Of a stretch of DNA of 53,558 bases, positions 1 to 7,923 are shown in pieces (the stretch's first letter is position 1; each line of letters starts with the position of its first letter). The notes below the pieces were generated by a model that was not told the DNA's origin, did not search any database, and saw nothing but the letters and a program-made list of their open reading frames with translations. The position numbers and the translations under genes were made by a program. Source of the stretch: Promethearchaeota archaeon (GTDB lineage: Archaea > Asgardarchaeota > Lokiarchaeia > Sigyniarchaeales > SOKP01); the NCBI GenBank assembly GCA_013375475.1, contig JABXKD010000014.1, forward strand, positions 1 to 53,558. Reading direction: 5' to 3'.

Positions 1-501
1 AATTACCCCCGAGATGTTCCCGAAGGATACTTAAAATCAAATTATGGGGATATGAATCAAGGACGATGGCGAGATTATTATTTAGCATATTATGGGATGG
101 GTGGAGATATAACTAAAACATTTTGGACTGATCCAGGCTTTTGGTGGTATGCGTGGTTTAATTTAGCTTTTACCTATAGTGAAGATGTAGACTACTGGAT
201 AGGTCGTATGTTTATGTCTAATGTCACGGAAAGAGCTACTTGGATAAGCAAAGTTGTTGATTTTGAACAAAATGACCAATATGCACATCTTTATGTCTCA
301 CAAACCGACGAAGGAATCCCCGTTTGGAAAGATTGGGAAGCCAGTATGTTCTATGGAGATATTAATTGGGCTTTACTTCGCTACGTAGGATTACCTTCCG
401 GTTATGAAGAAATTCCCGGTTTCACGACAGCATTCATAGTAGGTTCCATGTTCGTTACAATGGTTGGAATAATAGTTGTAATGCAAAAGAAACGAAAATA
501 A
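1..501 (+). CDS. C-terminal part of a secreted/surface protein with PGF-CTERM-like (Loki-CTERM) sorting tail; 5'-truncated
   Basis: Frame is open from base 1 (NYPRDVPEGYLKSNYGD precedes the ATG at 52); ends EEIPGF + hydrophobic helix + KKRK. Confidence 0.75.
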   Translation, partial: NYPRDVPEGYLKSNYGDMNQGRWRDYYLAYYGMGGDITKTFWTDPGFWWYAWFNLAFTYSEDVDYWIGRMFMSNVTERATWISKVVDFEQNDQYAHLYVSQTDEGIPVWKDWEASMFYGDINWALLRYVGLPSGYEEIPGFTTAFIVGSMFVTMVGIIVVMQKKRK

Positions 502-519
502 TAAAAATTTAAATTATTC

Positions 520-541
520 TTTTTTTTTTCTAGTTTTTTTT
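520..541 (+). terminator. Oligo-T archaeal-type terminator
   Basis: T10 and T8 runs starting about 19 nt after the stop at 501, in a convergent gap. Confidence 0.5.
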
Positions 542-618
542 CTGTAGTTAAGATGTCTTAATTATTTAAGAGAAAAGTTGGTAATGCTGAAAAGAAATTA
601 AGTAATTTACACTGGTTT

Positions 619-2832
619 CTAAAATCGATAAGCACCTTTCCCAATATTTTCATAAATAATTTCTGAAAGAGGAACGTATTCTTTACTATCAGGTAGAAGA
701 ATATAGATGGGATCATCTATTTTTTCGATGTCAAACGATTCTTTTTTCATTTTTAACTTCTGTATTTTGAAAGTGCTTGTCGTGGATAATTCGCAAAGAA
801 AGCGGAGAAATTTAGGTATTGCGTATTGAGGTAAATTTGCTTTAAGTACTGACAGAAGACCGTCAAAGTCAAAATTTTCACAAGTTTCCGAAGTAATAAT
901 CGAAGCCATACCCGCACGCCCATTAGTTCCCGGAATTTCTACGCCATAAACAGAAGTGTGCTCAACTTGCTTAAAGGAAGAAATGACATCCTCAACTTCT
1001 GAAGTAGATACATTCTCTCCTTTCCAACGAAATGTATCTCCTAAGCGATCGACAAATTGAGCGTGGTAATAACCTATATTTCGGATCATATCACCAGTAT
1101 TTAGCCAAGACTCTCCATTACCAAATGGATTTTTAATGATCTTTTTGATGGTTGCTTGTTTATCAGTATATCCCGCAAAAGTAGTTGGATTAACGATTTT
1201 CATTAGCAACAATCCCGCTTCACCTTCCTCAACCCTTTGAAAAAATCCTTTTTCGTCTCGAATAGGTGCATCAGCGGCGATATCGTATTTAACGAGAGCG
1301 TAAGGGTCAAAATTGAAACCAATAGTACAATCTCTATTAAAATAATTACAAAACATTCCCCTTATCTCTGTTGCTCCAAAATGTTCGTATACATTTCGAA
1401 TCCCAAATCTCTCCTTAAATTCTTTCCAAATCTCAGGACGAAGTCCATTCCCACAAATCTTATACACGCTATGGTTTCGATCTTCTGAACTGGGGGGTTG
1501 ATTTAATAGATACCGACATAATTCACCAATGTAATTAAAACAGGTAGCTTTGTGCTTTCTTACATCGTTCCAAAAATTAGATGCACTGAACTTTCGCGCC
1601 AAGGCTACAGCTGAACCATTACGCAAAGCACTAGCCCATCCTATATGTATTGCATTACTATGAAAGAAAGGGAGAGAAATGTATATGACATCATCAGGTT
1701 GCATATTCAGCGCAAACACACCCCACCCATAAGTTGAGCCCATCATATGAATGTGTCTCATAGGTGCTGCTTTAGGGAGTCCCGTTGTTCCTGATGTAAA
1801 AACATAGGCGTATGGATCTATTCCTTTAATTTCTTTTATTGTTGATGGTGTGTCCGTCTCTTGATCTTTAATTTTCTCCATTAAATTGATGAATCCTTTA
1901 GGAATTTCGATTTCACCCCTATCTATTAAAAAAAGGAGTTTATCTTTACTACTTATTCCTAGATCACTCATCACGTCGTGAAAGTTTTGAAAGAGTTCTT
2001 CACCAATTACATAAGCTTTTACTTTATTACTTTTAAAACTATGAATTAGCGATACGGACCGCTGTTTAGTGTTAATTAATGATGCGATCGTTCCAATTTT
2101 TGACATAGCTCCGATAATAATCATCAATTCTGGTCGATTTTCCAAAAAGACATTAATGATATCTCCCTTTTTTAACCCTATAGAACGAAAGTAATTAGCA
2201 TAACGGTTCATCTGTTCATTTAGCTCTTTGTAGGTATACTTCGTATCTTCATATAGAAGAGCAGGTCTATCGCTATAATGTTCCGCATTATAATCTAAAA
2301 GATCTCCAAAAGATAGATAGTTATCGGGGTTTAGTTCACCTATCCTTTCTCCTGCGTCAAACATCACATCTAAACGCCAATCAACTGAAAGTAGACCAAA
2401 CAAATAATCTTTATAACTTAGTGCGTATCCAGATAAAGATTTAGAATAACTCATATTTTTTTTTGTGGATCCTCCAAGTATCTCGTCAAAGGTGTCTATT
2501 AGGCGATCTCTGAGCCGTCTTAGAAGAAGTTTGTTCTCAATGCGCTTCATAAGCTCGTCTTCGCCTTCCTTAGTTATTTTATAATAGACTTTATTGTCAA
2601 GCTTATAATCTTCGATAAGATGGCTGCTTTTTAATTCAGATGCCCATTTATGAAATATTTTCTCGTCCATCCGATTTTCAATAGGAATGGTAGGGTCGTT
2701 TACTAACTCTATCAATTTATGAGGGCCATAAACTGCTAATGCAAAAAGAATAATATTATCGTACTTTTTTTTTACCAATTCGCGTATAAGACTTTTTGGA
2801 ATTTTATGAGGGATCGTGCTTACTAAAGTCAT
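619..2832 (-). CDS. Long-chain acyl-CoA synthetase (FATP/SLC27-like) with N-terminal winged-helix domain
   Basis: AMP-binding YVFTSGTTGLPKAA, FNYIGELCRYLL, FATP signature DRLGDTFRWKGENVSTSEVE; first ~120 aa end in YYKITKEG, typical of a wHTH wing. Confidence 0.9.
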   Translation of the reverse strand: MTLVSTIPHKIPKSLIRELVKKKYDNIILFALAVYGPHKLIELVNDPTIPIENRMDEKIFHKWASELKSSHLIEDYKLDNKVYYKITKEGEDELMKRIENKLLLRRLRDRLIDTFDEILGGSTKKNMSYSKSLSGYALSYKDYLFGLLSVDWRLDVMFDAGERIGELNPDNYLSFGDLLDYNAEHYSDRPALLYEDTKYTYKELNEQMNRYANYFRSIGLKKGDIINVFLENRPELMIIIGAMSKIGTIASLINTKQRSVSLIHSFKSNKVKAYVIGEELFQNFHDVMSDLGISSKDKLLFLIDRGEIEIPKGFINLMEKIKDQETDTPSTIKEIKGIDPYAYVFTSGTTGLPKAAPMRHIHMMGSTYGWGVFALNMQPDDVIYISLPFFHSNAIHIGWASALRNGSAVALARKFSASNFWNDVRKHKATCFNYIGELCRYLLNQPPSSEDRNHSVYKICGNGLRPEIWKEFKERFGIRNVYEHFGATEIRGMFCNYFNRDCTIGFNFDPYALVKYDIAADAPIRDEKGFFQRVEEGEAGLLLMKIVNPTTFAGYTDKQATIKKIIKNPFGNGESWLNTGDMIRNIGYYHAQFVDRLGDTFRWKGENVSTSEVEDVISSFKQVEHTSVYGVEIPGTNGRAGMASIITSETCENFDFDGLLSVLKANLPQYAIPKFLRFLCELSTTSTFKIQKLKMKKESFDIEKIDDPIYILLPDSKEYVPLSEIIYENIGKGAYRF

Positions 2833-2979
2833 AAATCATCAATTTTCACTTTAACTAGGATGAAAATACCTTATATTAATATAAACTGTATATTTATATA
2901 AAATCCTAAATAATTTAATAATAATACTAAAAAAATTAATTGAAAATATTTTGAAAATAATAAAATAGGTGAATTATGT

Positions 2980-4251
2980 TTGAAAGAAGTGTACTTAGTT
3001 GATTACGCTCGTACAGCATTTTCTCGTTCACGACCGACTCAACCTGAGAGGGATGTGTTTGGAGAGATAAGAGGGGATGCGTTACTAGCTGAATTATTGA
3101 TGAAGTTTTTTGACGGAAGATTAGCAGATAAAGGGATAGAAAAAAAGGAGATAGGGGAAGTATCAGTCGGAGTCGCCGCGGGGGTATTAGAAAATTGGAT
3201 ATATGGGGGACGAATTCCGTTATTTTTAGCGGGGTTTCCTTTTAATGTTCCGGCTTTCTCTATAGATCGACAATGTGGTTCAGCAGGTAGCGGTATGCAT
3301 GTTGGCATTATGGAAATTATGACTGGACATACTAAAACCGCATTAGCAACGGGTTTTGAGCACATGACTCGCGTAAGAGGTAAAGGGACAGAGCCCAACA
3401 CATCGACAGCTAATAAAAACAGTATATTTTACAGACCAGATTTAGATTTGCAAACGACTTTTAACATGCTACAAACAGCACAGAAGTTATACGAAGAAGA
3501 AGTACCGACATTTACTAAAGAAGATCTAGACAAGTTTGGCGTGAGAAGTCATAATCTTGCTGTTAAAAGTCACGAAGATGGTTTTTTCAAAGGCGAAATA
3601 ATACCCATTGAAGGACACGCTCCCGGAAATGTTGAAGAGAAAATGATTATCGATAGGGATATGAACGCTCGAAAATCTACTCTAGAAGCTGTTTCTCAAC
3701 TGAGAAGATTATCACAACCTTTTTACCTCGAAAAAAATGGGGGAAAAGAAGGGTATGAAAAACGAGAAGGAACTTTAGAGGGCGTAATTACTGCCGGAAA
3801 TTCTTCTCCTCTAAATGCTGGAGCTACAGCAGCAGTGCTTATGGAAGCCGAAGAAGCTAAGAAAAGGGGAATTGACCCATTAGCAAAAATCGTATCAATT
3901 GGATGGGCAGGGGTAGATCCTACCGTAATGGGAAGAGGCCCAGTTCCAGCTACTAAAAAAGCGTTAGAATATGCGAACCTCACTGCTGAGGATATCGATT
4001 ATTGGGAAATCAATGAGGCTTTCTGCATTGTTGCGTTAAATTGTATGGATAAGTTTAACCTTCCTGAAGAAAAAGTAAATATCATGGGTGGTTCCACTGC
4101 TATCGGGCATCCATTAGGATCAACAATGGTACGGTTAACAGGCACCGTTGCAAGGATATTAAAAGAAAAGAATGCGAAATACGGTGTAGCGAACGCGTGC
4201 GTGGGAGGAGGACAAGGGGTAGCGACTATTGTGGAAAATCTCGACGCCTAA
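2980..4251 (+). CDS. Acetyl-CoA C-acyltransferase (thiolase)
   Basis: DRQCGS nucleophile, EINEAF, GHPLGS, CVGGGQG; SD AGGTGA before TTG start. Confidence 0.95.
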   Translation: MKEVYLVDYARTAFSRSRPTQPERDVFGEIRGDALLAELLMKFFDGRLADKGIEKKEIGEVSVGVAAGVLENWIYGGRIPLFLAGFPFNVPAFSIDRQCGSAGSGMHVGIMEIMTGHTKTALATGFEHMTRVRGKGTEPNTSTANKNSIFYRPDLDLQTTFNMLQTAQKLYEEEVPTFTKEDLDKFGVRSHNLAVKSHEDGFFKGEIIPIEGHAPGNVEEKMIIDRDMNARKSTLEAVSQLRRLSQPFYLEKNGGKEGYEKREGTLEGVITAGNSSPLNAGATAAVLMEAEEAKKRGIDPLAKIVSIGWAGVDPTVMGRGPVPATKKALEYANLTAEDIDYWEINEAFCIVALNCMDKFNLPEEKVNIMGGSTAIGHPLGSTMVRLTGTVARILKEKNAKYGVANACVGGGQGVATIVENLDA

Positions 4252-4505
4252 AAAATATCCCGAATGGTCAGTTTAGTTCAAACTAATATTAAAGGATATA
4301 AAAAATATTTTTAATTATCCATCTATTTTTTTTTAATGAATTTATTTCTATATTTGTAATTTTATTAAAAGAAAGCTATATAACGGAAAAACTGAAAGAA
4401 GGGTATAAGAACTAGCTGAACTATTGCTTTTATCTAAAAAAAGTAAAAAAATGTTAAATATTGAGCTTCTAGTAATGATAAAAAAAATAAAACTATTAAG
4501 CAATC

Positions 4506-5567
4506 TTATTTTAAGTAACTAGCGGCTGTTTTCAATCGTTTTTCAGCATCTTGAACAATTTCTTCAACGATAGCTCTAACTTTTTTCATATCGTCGATTA
4601 GACCAATACTCTGCCCAAGTAAAACCGCACCCGAATTAGTATCACCTTTATAGGCTGCTTCGTAGGCTTTTCCTTCCTTAATTATGTCTGCTTGAGTCAT
4701 TTGCGCTTCTTCAGCCATTTTAGCTTCTTTATCTGATACAAGACCGTGATGTAGCGAATACTCGTTTTTCCATAGCCGAATAGGTCCAAGCGCTCCAGTT
4801 GCTAAAATAGTATCTTGAGCCTTAGAAGTAGTAGGAATATTTTTATATTCTTTGGAAAATTCGCTTTCCTCTGATGCTATAAATCGTGAACCCATAGCAA
4901 CAGCCCCGGCACCTAACGCTAATGCGGCAGCAAGACCTTCACCAGTAGCAAAACCACCACAAGCAATTACTGGAAGATCTGGATGCTTTTTCATTACTTG
5001 TTGAAGTAAAACTAACGTACTGACCTGTTCGTAGGATTGGTGTCCCCCTCCCTCTGTTCCGGTAACGACTACACCATCGACACCAGAGGCCACACACTTA
5101 TCTGCAAGCCATAAAGCAGGAGCAACGTGGAAATGTTTTATTTGTGATCCACTTTCTTTTAACTTAAGATAAGCTTTAGATTGCGGTAAGGTTTTTGAGG
5201 ACCCAGCGCTAGTAATGGCATAAACGCATTGTTCCTTTAATTTTGGATTTGACATTATGAATTCAGGAATCTGCTTTACCATTATTGGTGCTTCAACTTC
5301 CCTTCTAGAGGTTCTTATATTAAATCCAAAAGGTTTATCTGTATGCTCAACAACCTCTAACATGTTATCTTTCAAAATTTGAACGGGATTTTTTCCAGCC
5401 ATGTAATCGCTAATTAAAGCAGAATGGCTCAACACACCTAGCCCTCCAGCTTCGGAAACAGCGATTGTTAATTGGGTTGTATAGAAAGGACCCATTGGTG
5501 CTGCGACGATTGGATGTTTAATCCCAAACATTTTAGTAATATTCGTTTCTAAAACCATATAATTCAC
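4506..5567 (-). CDS. Nitronate monooxygenase / FabK-type enoyl reductase family flavoprotein
   Basis: HPIVAAPMG, AVSEAGGLG, GTEGGGH, IACGGF, MGSRFIASEE; true start may be the ATG at 5558. Confidence 0.88.
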   Translation of the reverse strand: MNYMVLETNITKMFGIKHPIVAAPMGPFYTTQLTIAVSEAGGLGVLSHSALISDYMAGKNPVQILKDNMLEVVEHTDKPFGFNIRTSRREVEAPIMVKQIPEFIMSNPKLKEQCVYAITSAGSSKTLPQSKAYLKLKESGSQIKHFHVAPALWLADKCVASGVDGVVVTGTEGGGHQSYEQVSTLVLLQQVMKKHPDLPVIACGGFATGEGLAAALALGAGAVAMGSRFIASEESEFSKEYKNIPTTSKAQDTILATGALGPIRLWKNEYSLHHGLVSDKEAKMAEEAQMTQADIIKEGKAYEAAYKGDTNSGAVLLGQSIGLIDDMKKVRAIVEEIVQDAEKRLKTAASYLK

Positions 5568-5753
5568 ATCATTAATTATTTAATTTGTAGTTAATGACAC
5601 AAATTAATGAAGGCTAATAAAATTTTACTGGTGTAGGAAGTACATTTTCAGTCGTTATAGGTTTATATGATGATCTAGAGCGTCAAATCCTCAATAAATT
5701 GACATCTTACATTTAAAAGAAATCTTTAAATAGTGCTACGTTGAACAATACTT

Positions 5754-7784
5754 ATGTCAAAAAAATCTAAAACAATAATTGCAATTCTTTTATTAGTAAT
5801 AGGTGGTGGCCTAATCCCAACTGGCATGATATTAAACGACACCATGCGATCTGAAGTCTATGATGGAGTTCCTGATGCTTTATTAGGTATTAGAGCACAA
5901 GCAATCCCTACCATAGAGGAAACAATACCAATCTTAGGAACCCCAGAAGTGCTTAAAGGAATTTTTGATGAAGCCTCTGCAGGTGTAGAACCGCTGTTAA
6001 AAGTAAAGTCAACACCTGACTCGCTCTTGGGTCTAAAAGCTAATATTAATGCATCTATTCCTGATTTAATAAACTTCGCAACAACGGCGCAACTTATTGC
6101 GACTTCCTTTGACTGGATGAATACTACCTACGGCTTCGATGTTGGAACTGACATATTCTTTAACGATCCGACTTTCGTTGACCCCTTTACAGGATTACTT
6201 GGCGTTTCTAATATGACAGGAGTTTCTCAAGGTTATACTTTAGCTGCTCGAACAAATCTACTACTCAATACTATACACGATGATTATATTGATCCCTTCG
6301 ATTTTCACGGTCTTATTACAGATCTTACTACAGGAAGTGGAGTAGGGGAGATTTATAATATCTTTTATTATATGGGGATATTAGGTGGTGATGTTTACAC
6401 AAATGTCGCACTCCCAGCAGCGTACAATATTACATTAGCTCAGGTAACCGATATATTTAACTATTTATGGACCATTATTACCTACTATGTTCCAGGCGCA
6501 TTCTCATATGCTTATGGCATTTCCACAGCTGAAGCAGCAGCAACGGGGTTTTACAGGCAATGGGCAAACGGTACTTTTGTTCCAGATGGAATTAATATAG
6601 GTGGAGGTTTAAAGGGTTTTGAAGTTGGAGTTCCAGAACCTACAAATATATCAGTCTCTACTTGCATAGATTTATGGAATCCTCTGCTTCCTTATACGTT
6701 TGTAACTGAAGCAGGATTAATGGCGTGGCTTGGAGCTGCAGCTGGTGATACCGGGCTCCAAACTCTTTTAATGTCGACTTTTAGCCTAACACCGACTCAA
6801 TTAAACATGTTACTAACATGGCTAGGGAATTTTATAGAGAATATCACTCCCGCACTTGTTTTAGGGAGTACTGGAAAGACTGTTAGTGAGCTCGCAACAT
6901 TAGCGTTCTTTGAACAATGGGCTAACGGTACAATCTTTGGTGAAGTGGTTCTCCCAGACGGATTTTTAGGTGAAGTTACATCCTCTTGGGCAGGAGCACC
7001 ATACTTTGAAGTAGGTTTACCAACTGCGAGTGGCCTTTCACTTTATGAATGTATAAGTCTTTGGAATCCCTTGGGCGATAAAACATTTATATACGGTGAG
7101 AGTTTTGAAAACTTATGGCTTCCTGCAATGCAGGGTAATTCAACGAGTCAAGGTACACTAATCGCAATCTTTGGAATTAGTCCTGGGGAATTAACAGCAA
7201 TTTTGACATGGATTGGTAGTTTAATTGGTCTAGATCCAACAGCGGGTCGCATTGCAGATATCATCGAATACAATACTGGTTTTACTGTACTCCAAATTGC
7301 CACATCATATTTCTATGACCAATGGGCTAATGGAACGGTGGAAGGGGAAGATTTTCTACCTGAAGGCTTCCTAAGTCAGCTAGATCCTCCAATTGAAGGT
7401 CCACCATACTTTGAAGTCGGTTTGTTTTATCCTACAGGGATTACTATTGCGCAAACTCTAGCACTTTGGGACGAAACTAGTGAGTATTCTTTAGTTACTG
7501 AGAGCGGTATTTACAAATGGTATCAAGCAGTTGAAGGAAATTTAAATTACACTACTCTAAAAGAACAAAATGGCGATTTAAGCGACCTACAAATGACTGG
7601 ACTTTTAGCATGGTTACCACAATTTAGAGATGTCATCGTCAATAAACTCGCAAAAGCTGATATGGGTCTGCCTCAAGAGCCTTATGAATTAGGACAAACG
7701 TTAGCTCTCAGCTTAGGCATAGCAGGAGGAATTCTCGCAGCCTTAGGTGTAATAGTGCTCTTATTAGCTAGAAGGTCATTCTGA
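5754..7784 (+). CDS. Membrane protein with N- and C-terminal TM helices and 3 (plus 1 degenerate) QWANGT repeats; possible CD36/LIMP-II-insert relative
   Basis: N-terminal KKSK + hydrophobic helix; C-terminal helix + RRSF; repeats FxxQWANGT...FEVG...LW at about 6558, 6915 and 7320; many NxS/T sequons. Confidence 0.75.
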   Translation: MSKKSKTIIAILLLVIGGGLIPTGMILNDTMRSEVYDGVPDALLGIRAQAIPTIEETIPILGTPEVLKGIFDEASAGVEPLLKVKSTPDSLLGLKANINASIPDLINFATTAQLIATSFDWMNTTYGFDVGTDIFFNDPTFVDPFTGLLGVSNMTGVSQGYTLAARTNLLLNTIHDDYIDPFDFHGLITDLTTGSGVGEIYNIFYYMGILGGDVYTNVALPAAYNITLAQVTDIFNYLWTIITYYVPGAFSYAYGISTAEAAATGFYRQWANGTFVPDGINIGGGLKGFEVGVPEPTNISVSTCIDLWNPLLPYTFVTEAGLMAWLGAAAGDTGLQTLLMSTFSLTPTQLNMLLTWLGNFIENITPALVLGSTGKTVSELATLAFFEQWANGTIFGEVVLPDGFLGEVTSSWAGAPYFEVGLPTASGLSLYECISLWNPLGDKTFIYGESFENLWLPAMQGNSTSQGTLIAIFGISPGELTAILTWIGSLIGLDPTAGRIADIIEYNTGFTVLQIATSYFYDQWANGTVEGEDFLPEGFLSQLDPPIEGPPYFEVGLFYPTGITIAQTLALWDETSEYSLVTESGIYKWYQAVEGNLNYTTLKEQNGDLSDLQMTGLLAWLPQFRDVIVNKLAKADMGLPQEPYELGQTLALSLGIAGGILAALGVIVLLLARRSF

Positions 7785-7808
7785 AAAGTTCAAAAAAATT
7801 AATTAAGA

Positions 7809-7820
7809 TTTTTTTTTTTT
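7809..7820 (+). terminator. Oligo-T terminator
   Basis: T12 run 25 nt after the stop, in a convergent gap. Confidence 0.5.
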
Positions 7821-7923
7821 CTTGTTCTCTTTATACGATTAATCGTTTTTTTATAGTGAAGTATAAAATTGAAGTTCACCTTACTTAATGCTTTTTCTTG
7901 TGTTGAAGAAAACAAAGCTCGAT

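Noticed and set aside
5660-5710. C/D box sRNA (ATGATGA)
   Set aside because: No properly spaced CTGA D or D' boxes
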